IMG/VR virus record: IMGVR_UViG_3300035512_000144 | Location: 9,940-73,939 of that record | From: a virus | Lineage: Duplodnaviria > Caudoviricetes | Length of the DNA: 64,000 nucleotides | Reading direction: 5' to 3' (one strand) | Shown here: in pieces, positions 18,050 to 26,708 of the stretch | Numbering within the stretch: the first letter of the stretch is position 1 | Layout of the letters: each line of letters begins with the position of its first letter | The notes under the pieces: model-generated | The model's input: only the letters and a program-made list of their open reading frames with translations | Told to the model about the DNA's origin: nothing | Databases searched by the model: none | Made by a program: the position numbers and the translations under genes

Positions 18050-18835
18050 ATGATAGACAGAGAAAAACTAAACAGATTATCGAAAAATTTGGTTTCCGAC
18101 AGACAAGATTATATGTCTGCGTTCCGTAAGAATATTGATATGTACCTTGCGGAAAAGGATATCACGATCAAGAGTCTGTCAGAAGAGGCTGACATTCCGT
18201 TTGAAACACTGAAAAATTTCCTTTATGGGAATCCACAGGATTGCAAGTTGTCAACTGCCGTGAAACTGGCAAGGGCGTTGAACATAAGTGTTGATGAACT
18301 AATCGGCGCGGAAACGCTGCGGTTTGATTTCAAGAATAACTCTGCAATATGCCGTAATCTGCCGGAATCCTCAATGTACCTCGTGAATTGGCTTGTACGC
18401 CACCAAGAGGCACTATACGCAAACGTTCCAAAGAATGAGCGGATAATCAGCGTCATGCACCTAATCGAGACATACGGCGGCAATATGATGGCTAATGGCG
18501 AGTTTGACCGCATGAACATTTCACATCTGTATGACGATTTGAAAGCCAAGGTATTTGTCGGCATGAACTTTGACACTGAAAGGTATATGCCTGTATACAG
18601 TCCGTATAATATCTTGCTGATTGCCAATGACCGCTTGCCATTCCGCAACGAACACTGCATCATTATTCACGGTGGACATTTCTTTATCGCCAAGCGGATT
18701 GCGGACAGTGATAACGTCCAGTATCGGTCTGTGAATGGAAATAGGCTGATTGCCAACGAGTCAGATATTGATGAATTGGTGGGATATATCGCCCATGTGA
18801 TAAGTGATATGGACTCTGTGAATTTCAGATTGTAG
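18050..18835 (+). CDS. XRE-family HTH regulator with C-terminal domain
   Basis: TIKSLSEEADIPFETLKNFLYG...LARALNISVDELIG. Confidence 0.8.
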   Translation: MIDREKLNRLSKNLVSDRQDYMSAFRKNIDMYLAEKDITIKSLSEEADIPFETLKNFLYGNPQDCKLSTAVKLARALNISVDELIGAETLRFDFKNNSAICRNLPESSMYLVNWLVRHQEALYANVPKNERIISVMHLIETYGGNMMANGEFDRMNISHLYDDLKAKVFVGMNFDTERYMPVYSPYNILLIANDRLPFRNEHCIIIHGGHFFIAKRIADSDNVQYRSVNGNRLIANESDIDELVGYIAHVISDMDSVNFRL

Positions 18836-18840
18836 AATAC

Positions 18841-18868
18841 AGCCCCTCCGTGAATAAGAGGGGCTTTT
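18841..18868. terminator. Bidirectional intrinsic terminator
   Basis: AGCCCCTC...GAGGGGCT hairpin plus T-run between convergent genes. Confidence 0.7.
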
Positions 18869-18873
18869 AATTG

Positions 18874-19299
18874 TTATTGGAAAGATTTCACAGCTGTGAC
18901 CTTTCCATTGTTGTTACGCGCCCAGTATCGCGTTGTCCGGCTGTCAATATGGACAAATGTGTTGTACTGGATAATTCCGTTTATGCCAAGTTCCTGCGCA
19001 TACTGTGCAACTTCTGACGGTGTATGACCCTTTACAACAATGTCATATGCCTGCCCCTTTACGTGGTAGCTGTTGGTCGCGCCGCCCACTTTTTTGTTAT
19101 ACGAAACTGTACGGTATGCGCTATTGATCGTGACCGGAACACCAAAATGGTCTCTGATTTTCTGCAAATATTTCTGTACAAAAAGCACATCTGTTATGAT
19201 GATGTCTGTGCCGTCCTTGCACTTAAATTCCTTGACCTCGAAATTCTTGCTGACGGATTTTTCTCCGTCACTTATTAGTGAATATTGTGTTGTACTCAT
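18874..19299 (-). CDS. Peptidase M15A (Zn D-Ala-D-Ala-like) cell-wall hydrolase
   Basis: INSAYR...N..VGG...SYHVKGQAYD...FVHIDSR. Confidence 0.9.
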   Translation of the reverse strand: MSTTQYSLISDGEKSVSKNFEVKEFKCKDGTDIIITDVLFVQKYLQKIRDHFGVPVTINSAYRTVSYNKKVGGATNSYHVKGQAYDIVVKGHTPSEVAQYAQELGINGIIQYNTFVHIDSRTTRYWARNNNGKVTAVKSFQ

Positions 19300-19336
19300 A
19301 AATACCTCCTTAATCGCCGTCCATTGTACTTTCCTC

Positions 19337-20053
19337 CTATCTCACGTAAATCATTCCGCTTTTGCCTACCGCGCATATGTAGCCGGAAGGAATTTTCATC
19401 CAAATCGCATCTCCGGCAATCTCTGTACCTTTGCAAGTAACTACTGTACCTTTTTTGAGTATGCCGTATCCTTCTTCATCTTCCGTGGAATGTGACTTCG
19501 CGTTAGTTGTAAGTTTAAGATACTTCTTCTTGTTACCATCCGGCGTTTCGCGGATATACATATTATCATGCAATGTGTAACACTTTCCTACAACATAGGT
19601 TGATGTGTTTCCATTTGCAGTTTTCACGGTTTCACCAACAGGAGTCAAAAACAGCTTTTGTTCTTCCTGCCTGCGCCGGAGAAGTCCTGCAAGGATTTTA
19701 CCGCCGGATTTGCAGTACAAGAGCATTTTCTCCGCGATAACCTCACGGCTGCGTGTGCCACTTGCAGTCAGTTCCTTGATATTTCCAACGTTAAATGCAA
19801 AGCTGACAAGTGCGTCAAACTCATTCTGATTCCAATGATATGTGCTGTCATATTTTGCGACTTTGTTTTCTTTTATGATAATATCTGACACAAAATAAGC
19901 GTCTGCCTGCGCCTTTGTGATAGTCATTCCTTTGGTAACGCCTTCCGTGTGTCCGTAACCGATAGTCCATACGCCCTTAGAGTCTTGATACGATTCCAGT
20001 TCGCAATTTTCAAAACTCTTTATTAAGTTCAGCCCATTTTGACTTGTTTTCAT
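19337..20053 (-). CDS. Endolysin, GH24 lysozyme with C-terminal SH3-like domain
   Basis: IKSFE, YQDSKGVWTIGYGHT, FDALVSFAFNVG, GLLRRRQEE. Confidence 0.9.
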   Translation of the reverse strand: MKTSQNGLNLIKSFENCELESYQDSKGVWTIGYGHTEGVTKGMTITKAQADAYFVSDIIIKENKVAKYDSTYHWNQNEFDALVSFAFNVGNIKELTASGTRSREVIAEKMLLYCKSGGKILAGLLRRRQEEQKLFLTPVGETVKTANGNTSTYVVGKCYTLHDNMYIRETPDGNKKKYLKLTTNAKSHSTEDEEGYGILKKGTVVTCKGTEIAGDAIWMKIPSGYICAVGKSGMIYVR

Positions 20054-20373
20054 TCTGATGTACTCCCATGCTTAATCTCGTTGACAATGCCCTCTACAAT
20101 CGTGTCCAGTTCGTCATATGACAGGTTGATTTTCAGTTTGGAATTGATGATGTTCATGACATAGTCCATGACATACTCTTTCTTTTCCTGCCACTGTTCT
20201 GTTGTGTAAATCTGCTCCGCGCACCGCACAGCCACCGACACATAGGTAGTCACCTTGTCCAGTTCAATCTCCCCGATTTTGGATTTCAGATATGGAATGA
20301 CATACGCAGACACAAACGCTCCGATAATCGTGATAAGTGCCATGCACACCTTTACAAATAATTCACCGCTCAT
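20050..20373 (-). CDS. Holin (LL-H-like)
   Basis: N-terminal TM helix, AVRCAEQ, KKEYV, IVEGIV; next to the lysin. Confidence 0.8.
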   Translation of the reverse strand: MSGELFVKVCMALITIIGAFVSAYVIPYLKSKIGEIELDKVTTYVSVAVRCAEQIYTTEQWQEKKEYVMDYVMNIINSKLKINLSYDELDTIVEGIVNEIKHGSTSE

Positions 20374-20636
20374 ACTTCGCCCTCACTTTCGTCTATGTTC
20401 TTTCCAAATTTTGATATGTTCTCGTTTTTGGCTTTCCAGATGATAAACCCTGTGTGTATTCCCAACTCCGCAAATGCCACGGGAATGCCTGCGTTTATGA
20501 CTGACAAGTCCTCGATGCCAAGGTAATTGCTAACCGCATTCAACGCAAAGCACGCCCATGTAAAAATCCACACCATACGGAAATTGAAATAATACAGTTT
20601 ATCAGAAAAGCCACGATTAGACAGTAATTTCTTCAT
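20370..20636 (-). CDS. Two-TM membrane protein (holin-like)
   Basis: Two TM segments within the lysis module. Confidence 0.6.
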   Translation of the reverse strand: MKKLLSNRGFSDKLYYFNFRMVWIFTWACFALNAVSNYLGIEDLSVINAGIPVAFAELGIHTGFIIWKAKNENISKFGKNIDESEGEV

Positions 20637-20639
20637 GTA

Positions 20640-20798
20640 TTACTCTCCTGTTTCTGTTTCCAACGCCTCACCTGTGATTTCCTCATATTCCTCCGCCGTA
20701 ATCGCACCAAGAGAAGCATACCTTTTCAGTTGCTCCTTCGTGCAGTAATTCTTCTCGTACCGCGTTTTCAACTTCTCATACATTTTGTTGTGTTCCAT
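20640..20798 (-). CDS. XkdX-like small protein (not in ORF track)
   Basis: MEHNKMYEKLKTRYEKNYCTKEQLKRYASLGAITAEEYEEITG; GGAGG RBS. Confidence 0.75.
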   Translation of the reverse strand: MEHNKMYEKLKTRYEKNYCTKEQLKRYASLGAITAEEYEEITGEALETETGE

Positions 20799-20814
20799 TT
20801 CTCATTTTCCTCCT

Positions 20815-21171
20815 TTATGCGTTCATTTCCAGTTCCATAATCCGAAGGTCAAGTTCTGTGATTGTCTGCTCTGCCTCCATGATAGCGATATCCTGTGCTG
20901 TGATTTCCTGCTCCGTGGCTACAATGCCCGGCGTGAATCTATCCTCATACCGGCTGTGATGGTCAATCACATACCAGTCATAGCATCTGCCGTCTGCGCC
21001 TTCCTCTGACCGATATTTTTCCAAAACGTCAAAGTTGTCCGTTATGTGACTGTCTGCATACTTCCTTGTGATTGACACGCCTCCTGTTAGGTTTGAATGT
21101 TCCTCCCCAACGGTTTTCAAGTTTTCCATCCTCACGCCATTACGCCGCACTGTCCCGAAGATGTAATCCAT
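20815..21171 (-). CDS. Hypothetical protein with C-terminal coiled coil (XkdW-like position)
   Basis: QEITAQDIAIMEAEQTITELDLRIMELE precedes XkdX. Confidence 0.6.
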   Translation of the reverse strand: MDYIFGTVRRNGVRMENLKTVGEEHSNLTGGVSITRKYADSHITDNFDVLEKYRSEEGADGRCYDWYVIDHHSRYEDRFTPGIVATEQEITAQDIAIMEAEQTITELDLRIMELEMNA

Positions 21172-22232
21172 TTTTTAATCGCCTCCTTGTAATAGTCGCG
21201 CACGATCTTCTTTAGCTGCCTTTGCGTATGTTTCTTCACAAAGTTTGCATAAAGATGTACGCTGTTGCAATGTTTCAACGCACCAAGCCTTGATAACAGA
21301 CCTTGTGCGAATTTCACTGGTACGAGTCTGCCACATTCTCTCATGCGGTAGTACCGTTTCAGATGTTGTTTCAACCGCAGAAGTGTTTTCTTTCTCAGGA
21401 GTGTATACCCTTTGCCAAATCTATATCCGAGCGCATTCGGCATTCTCTTTGATGTCCTGAATTTCTGCCAGTTCCCTTTCAACTCCAGTTCATGTTCTCC
21501 GAGCCATGCGCTAACAAGGGCAATGATTTTGCCTGCTGTTCTCTTGCGGTTTGTGAAAACAGTAAAGTTGTCCATATACCTTATATAATGTGTCGCGCCG
21601 TTTTCTCTGATAAGCTGGTCAAGCGGCTGCAAGACTGTGTTTGCAAACCACTGTGAGCAATATGCGCCTATCATAATCCCGTCCTTGATGATACGTTCAA
21701 TCAAATCCAAGGTTCTGAAATCCTTGATAAGCTGTTTCATGCGTTTCATAACTATTTCCGGTTTCAGACTATCGTAGAAATGGCGTATGTCCATCTCAAT
21801 GCAATATTTCATGCCTTTTCCGCGTTTCATCCACTTCTTGATGCCATTAGCGCCGTAAATCGTGCCGCGTTTCTTGATGCTCCCGCAACACCACTTGTCC
21901 ATGCCTCGCATAAATATTGGTTCTAACACTTGTATCAGTGCATGATGAACACATTGGTCGGGAAACATTTTAGGTTCGCATATCTCCCGCCACTTTTCAG
22001 CGTTCATGTCATACCTTTTCTTTTTGATGACAGGGGACGGCTCAAATCCATTCACCAACAATTCGTATAATTCATGTACTCTTTCGTCCATGGTATTTTC
22101 CAACCATATGACGGTCTTATTCGGTTTGTCGGGAAAATGAACCCATCTGTGCGAATTGCATACCGTCTGTATCGCTTTCCTTAGATTTTCTTCTGAAATT
22201 ATCTTTGTAAATAAATGATTAGCACGTTTCAT
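21132..22232 (-). CDS. DGR reverse transcriptase
   Basis: K.REI..P, DQCVHHA, MDIRHFYDS, GIMIGAYCSQWFAN, YIRYMDNF, LGY; adjacent TR/VR pair. Confidence 0.92.
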   Translation of the reverse strand: MKRANHLFTKIISEENLRKAIQTVCNSHRWVHFPDKPNKTVIWLENTMDERVHELYELLVNGFEPSPVIKKKRYDMNAEKWREICEPKMFPDQCVHHALIQVLEPIFMRGMDKWCCGSIKKRGTIYGANGIKKWMKRGKGMKYCIEMDIRHFYDSLKPEIVMKRMKQLIKDFRTLDLIERIIKDGIMIGAYCSQWFANTVLQPLDQLIRENGATHYIRYMDNFTVFTNRKRTAGKIIALVSAWLGEHELELKGNWQKFRTSKRMPNALGYRFGKGYTLLRKKTLLRLKQHLKRYYRMRECGRLVPVKFAQGLLSRLGALKHCNSVHLYANFVKKHTQRQLKKIVRDYYKEAIKKWITSSGQCGVMA

Positions 22233-22414
22233 TGATATGCCATCTCCTTTTGACCTAACGACCTTTCCCACGCCATTTCTGGGGTACTAAGCCGTTCCAT
22301 ATCGGCACTATCTTCACCGTGTGGTGTGCGGTTTCTGCACCTATATAAAAACGCTTCAGATGTAAGCGTAATTACTGAAATAATTGGATGTGCAATCCGA
22401 TTTTAAAAGGGGTT

Positions 22415-22549
22415 GGGAGCCGATGAAGCCGTTCGAGTTCGAGGCGGCGTTGTTGCCGTTCAAGTAGAACAACCCGTAGTCCTGGTCCTGGCTGTAGTAG
22501 CCGCCCACGCGCAACACAACCCCAGAAGTGTTGTAGTTGCAGTAGTCGC
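22415..22549 (-). repeat. DGR template repeat (TR)
   Basis: 135 bp, AAC-rich; differs from VR at 13 adenines plus one C near the 3' end. Confidence 0.95.
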
Positions 22550-22623
22550 CAAAGAGCCAAGAGCATCGGCCACTGGTGCAGAAACCCCATAAATATTTGC
22601 TGTATCTAATTTTTTAATTAGGT

Positions 22624-22658
22624 GGGGATATGAGATATCCCCCTCTTGCCGTTGGCAA
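22624..22658. promoter_or_regulatory. DGR target-recognition hairpins downstream of VR
   Basis: GGGGATAT-GAG-ATATCCCC (22624-22642) and TTGCC-GTT-GGCAA (22646-22658). Confidence 0.65.
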
Positions 22659-22668
22659 TTCACCCCCT

Positions 22669-24726
22669 CTATGGCAATTCGAGGAGACGGGAACCGACGA
22701 AGCCGTACGAGCCCGAGGCGGCGCTGCCGCCGTCCAAGTAGAACAACCCGTAGTCCTGGCCCCGGCTGTAGTAGCCGCCCACGCGCAACACAACCCCAGA
22801 AGCGTTGCAGTCGCAGTAGTCGCATACATATGTTGACTTGCTTCCAGATACCGCCGATACGTACCAAAACTTATAATTCGAACTTATACTCATAATGTCG
22901 TAAGCAGATATATACCCGGATGATGTTGGTCTTTCGCCTACCAGTGTTCCATTGGATGAATCTGAGAATTTTGACGGGTTAATGATGTAATATATATTTG
23001 CACCGCTGAAATAGATGCCATCACACCAATCAAACACATTGCCCCACAAATCCTCGATGTAGCGGTACTGTGTAGCACCGTAAATAGTTCTGCTCGTCCT
23101 GTCTGTTCCGGTGTGATACGGCATGGAATCTGTCGCACCTGTGGAGTAAATTGATCCACTTGGAGAACAGCCGTACCCTATCTTTTCTTGTGAGTTCCAG
23201 TTAGCGAACTCCACTAGATAGAGCATTCGTATTGTTACAAGGGTGGCGTAATCCCATTGCCAGATGTTTGCACCCAAATTGTGGATATAGGTTCTGAAAT
23301 TCGCTCTCGTTACATTCCCTTTTGGAGTAACACCAGTTTCAGATTTATAATTCGAGGAACAGTGATATCTTCCAACGTATATTACATCCCTTTCGCCTGT
23401 TCCATCGCCCCTGTCCATGTGGGCGGGCGAAACAAAATACCCTTCCGATTTCGCATATGCAGAATATTCCTTCGGAACAATTTGCAACTTCATCTTTGTT
23501 CCGCTTTTGGTCAGCTTGTAGTAATACTTCGGGATAGACACCATGACACCGCCCGTCCTCGTACTTTTCTGCATTCCTGCCCACGGCTGAATGCCATCAA
23601 ATGGGCTTCCCGGCGTGGTCGTCATTCCGCTATAATACGGATTCGGGTCGGTAAAACCCTCTGCATCGTCTGTCCGGCTCCAGGATGTTGTGCTTGTCCC
23701 ATCCCATTCTACGCCGTAAACCGCTGCAAACGATGCTGTGACGGATATTGTCTTGCTTGTGGAGTTATGGTTATCATCCGATGCTACCGAAACCGTAATG
23801 GTGGCTGTTCCTGACGCACCACTTGGGCTTGTGATTGTAATTACACCGTCACTTGCCAACGTGGTCGGCGAAACTGTCGCAATGCTCGTATTTGACGATT
23901 TAACCGTGACTGTTCCTGTGGCTCCCGAAACATTGACCGTTGCTGACTCATTACTGCTGTCCAGCGTTACAGAGGTTTTTGACAGTGTGACATTGCCGGA
24001 TGCTTTGTTGATGCTCCAGGCGATTTCTATCCCGTCTGTCGTTCCATCTGACCACATATAGTCAATCGTAGGCGTAAATATAGCGGAATAAGAGCCGGCG
24101 TTAATGCCAGATACTTCACCGCTCACATCGCAGCTACCGTCTACATAGCCGGACCATGTCGGTGTCTGTTCCTCTCCTGTATATGTAAGAGTGTTCCCCT
24201 GCGTTGGTGTTTGCAATACAATTCTCTCCGGTGCCGCAGATATACTTGTGCCGTCTGTGTATTTCTTGCCGTCAGTGTACGGAAAGAATCTGTAATAGTA
24301 AACCTTTCCATTTTCAAGTCCACTATCTGTGTATGGAGTAGATGCGTAAGCATTCCGCTCCTTGCTGTCAACTACAACGTCACCGTCTGTCTTGCTTGTT
24401 GGTGCTGAACCTTCCTTTCTCACTAGAAGCGTTCCTCCCCATGCCGCCAACGTCACGCCGGATAATACAACATCCTCCGGGTCTGTCCATGTGAGCGAAA
24501 CGGAACGAGATGATGCAGTCGCGGATGCACCGATTACATCTCCAATGCCAACACCACCGCCGCCTCCGCCCTCAATCGTACATGAGTCTAGCGTTTTATC
24601 ACCGGACTTTAGCTGAAATACGCCGGACAAGGAATTATAATCCAAGTTATCCGCCTTTCCATCCAACTCGATTTTCACTAAATCCAATATTTCTTTTATG
24701 TTTTCCTTGCCCAAAAATTTCTTCAT
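22669..24726 (-). CDS. DGR target: tail fibre/receptor-binding protein with FN3/Ig-like repeats and C-terminal CLec-like domain
   Basis: VSLTWTDP...YYYRFFPY (FN3), Thr/Ser-rich Ig-like repeats, YRYIEDLWGNV, VLRVGGYY; VR at the C-terminus. Confidence 0.85.
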   Translation of the reverse strand: MKKFLGKENIKEILDLVKIELDGKADNLDYNSLSGVFQLKSGDKTLDSCTIEGGGGGGVGIGDVIGASATASSRSVSLTWTDPEDVVLSGVTLAAWGGTLLVRKEGSAPTSKTDGDVVVDSKERNAYASTPYTDSGLENGKVYYYRFFPYTDGKKYTDGTSISAAPERIVLQTPTQGNTLTYTGEEQTPTWSGYVDGSCDVSGEVSGINAGSYSAIFTPTIDYMWSDGTTDGIEIAWSINKASGNVTLSKTSVTLDSSNESATVNVSGATGTVTVKSSNTSIATVSPTTLASDGVITITSPSGASGTATITVSVASDDNHNSTSKTISVTASFAAVYGVEWDGTSTTSWSRTDDAEGFTDPNPYYSGMTTTPGSPFDGIQPWAGMQKSTRTGGVMVSIPKYYYKLTKSGTKMKLQIVPKEYSAYAKSEGYFVSPAHMDRGDGTGERDVIYVGRYHCSSNYKSETGVTPKGNVTRANFRTYIHNLGANIWQWDYATLVTIRMLYLVEFANWNSQEKIGYGCSPSGSIYSTGATDSMPYHTGTDRTSRTIYGATQYRYIEDLWGNVFDWCDGIYFSGANIYYIINPSKFSDSSNGTLVGERPTSSGYISAYDIMSISSNYKFWYVSAVSGSKSTYVCDYCDCNASGVVLRVGGYYSRGQDYGLFYLDGGSAASGSYGFVGSRLLELP
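22689..22823 (-). repeat. DGR variable repeat (VR)
   Basis: 3' end of the 685-aa gene; aligns without gaps to TR. Confidence 0.95.
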
Positions 24727-24744
24727 GTCATGTCCTCGCTCAAA

Positions 24745-25215
24745 TTATGATGTAAATACAGAGTCCCACACTGCCTTGACTTCGTCTGTGGATAGTTCTT
24801 CTACATCATCCTCTTTCAGATACCCAGACAGGTCAACCGCCGTAGTTCCGAAAAGTTCATAGCTGTCGCCGTTCCAGAAATATTCATCCATGACATTCGG
24901 TGCTGTGCCGCTGTTTGGAACAAGATAGATAACACCGCCTACGCCTGTCTCCGGCAGTCCTGCAAAAGTGTCATACTTTTCAAAACTAAGCCCTGTGACA
25001 TCTCCAAGCGCGTCATTGATTGCCTGTGTCATTTCCTCTGTTGTGGAATACTTTGACAGGTCAATGCCATCCAGTTTTGTCTTCAAATCATCCGTGAAGT
25101 CATTTGCGGATAAATCCTTTCCCTCTACTGCCTTGACGTACTTTGCAAACTCTGTGCTTAAAAGCTGCACGATGTAGAGTAAATCTGATTTTCCTAAATA
25201 TTCTGTCTTTGCCAT
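24745..25215 (-). CDS. Tail-associated protein
   Basis: GKDLSANDFTDD, LPETGVGGVIYLV, DEYFW, VDLSGY. Confidence 0.65.
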   Translation of the reverse strand: MAKTEYLGKSDLLYIVQLLSTEFAKYVKAVEGKDLSANDFTDDLKTKLDGIDLSKYSTTEEMTQAINDALGDVTGLSFEKYDTFAGLPETGVGGVIYLVPNSGTAPNVMDEYFWNGDSYELFGTTAVDLSGYLKEDDVEELSTDEVKAVWDSVFTS

Positions 25216-25251
25216 GATTAAAAATCCTCGCTTTCTGTTTGGTTAAATTAT

Positions 25252-26670
25252 TTATGAGTTAAATGTTGCATCCCATATACTCTTGATATCCGCGTAGGAC
25301 ATTTCGCTGTCCTCGCCCAGTGCTCCTATTTCTTCCGCGGTATATGTTGGCTTGTTCTCCTGTTTCGCCCAATCTGGCACTGTCGGGTCTTGTTCTTCTG
25401 TTAGATAACCTTTTCTGTTAAGTTCCTCTTGTGTGACGTATTTTGATAATTTTTCAACAAGTAAAAGTCCGTTCGCTTCATCACCATATTTTACTGTAAA
25501 TTTATCATCAGAAATGTAGTAAATAGCATTTTCTATGCTTTCTGTCACATCATCCAGTTTTACAAGCTGGTTAAATGTCTTCCCATCTTTCGTGGAGAAC
25601 AAATATGAGCCATCATTACTGATGTACGCCTCAAAATAGAACATCCCATTTACAAATACAATGTTGCTGACATAGTTTGCATCTGAATTAAATACTGTAG
25701 AATCCCAAGTGACAGCATCATTGGATGTGTAACAATTACCACTGGAAACCGTAAGAAATATATCATTTCCATTTGCAATATACCAGTTGCTAAAGTAAGC
25801 ATTTGATTTTGTGAACGTCTGCAAATCAGTAGAATAATATACACCACCGTTTGAAACTCTTACAACAAGCGTATTTCCGTCATAACACATTCCCGTTGCA
25901 AATCCAAATCTGCTTATGCTGACAACACTGAATACAGAGTCACCCTTTTCTTTGATATACAGAGCGGTAGTTGATACGCCAACTCCTCCATTTGCAAAGA
26001 ACACCTTATTATTTCCATATGAAAATGCATATGCTTGTTCAATCGCAATATCAGATGTGCCGTCATTATATTTTTCCTGCGTCCATGCCACGCCATCCTT
26101 AGATGACACAAGACATCCATTTGTTCCTGGCAACGTTATGTACAATGTTTCGTATGCTTGATGCAACATTGCACTGGAATAATAATTATGATAATTTGAA
26201 ACATCATCACTTAAATTTTTCAACAAATCAGATGGGAAGTAAAACTCTCCATTTGTTTTCCAATCATCAAAATCTGTTGTCTTGCACATAAACCAATGTT
26301 TTATATAACTGTTTTCTTTTTCAAATCCGTGGAAAAGAATGTAATACACCCCATTGAAATATTCAACTCCAAGGATTTTGTATAAAATCATTGTTGTACT
26401 GTCTACATCAACATAGGAATCCATCGCGCCATTAGTCGTATTTTCAACGCTATATAAAAATTCAGAATCATTTTCCAGCGCGTCAACACGTGCCGACACA
26501 TTCTCCATGCTGTCGCCCAGTTTTGAGATGTTGATTGAGTTGGCATAAATCCCAGCCTCTATGATATCCATAGCCTCAGCTGTTACAGGCGTTTCTTGGG
26601 ATGGTAATTCTTCCCAATTTTCCTTGCTGTATATTTTCTGTATTGCTTTTTCGTATATGTCTTTTGCCAT
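25252..26670 (-). CDS. Tail-associated beta-propeller (BNR-like) protein
   Basis: Repeated S.DG..W motifs; EQDPTVPDWAK C-terminus. Confidence 0.6.
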   Translation of the reverse strand: MAKDIYEKAIQKIYSKENWEELPSQETPVTAEAMDIIEAGIYANSINISKLGDSMENVSARVDALENDSEFLYSVENTTNGAMDSYVDVDSTTMILYKILGVEYFNGVYYILFHGFEKENSYIKHWFMCKTTDFDDWKTNGEFYFPSDLLKNLSDDVSNYHNYYSSAMLHQAYETLYITLPGTNGCLVSSKDGVAWTQEKYNDGTSDIAIEQAYAFSYGNNKVFFANGGVGVSTTALYIKEKGDSVFSVVSISRFGFATGMCYDGNTLVVRVSNGGVYYSTDLQTFTKSNAYFSNWYIANGNDIFLTVSSGNCYTSNDAVTWDSTVFNSDANYVSNIVFVNGMFYFEAYISNDGSYLFSTKDGKTFNQLVKLDDVTESIENAIYYISDDKFTVKYGDEANGLLLVEKLSKYVTQEELNRKGYLTEEQDPTVPDWAKQENKPTYTAEEIGALGEDSEMSYADIKSIWDATFNS

Positions 26671-26708
26671 GTATTCCTCATTTCTGCACTATTTGTGCGG
26701 TAGAACAT

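Noticed and set aside
20815-21171. Avd accessory protein
   Set aside because: Acidic, with a C-terminal coiled coil and an XkdX neighbour; lacks the basic four-helix character of Avd as far as I can judge
21132-22271. Group II intron or retron RT
   Set aside because: No maturase/endonuclease extension or msr-msd; the adjacent adenine-specific TR/VR pair identifies a DGR
22372-22895. Short ORFs overlapping TR/VR in the track
   Set aside because: By-products of GC-rich, stop-poor repeats
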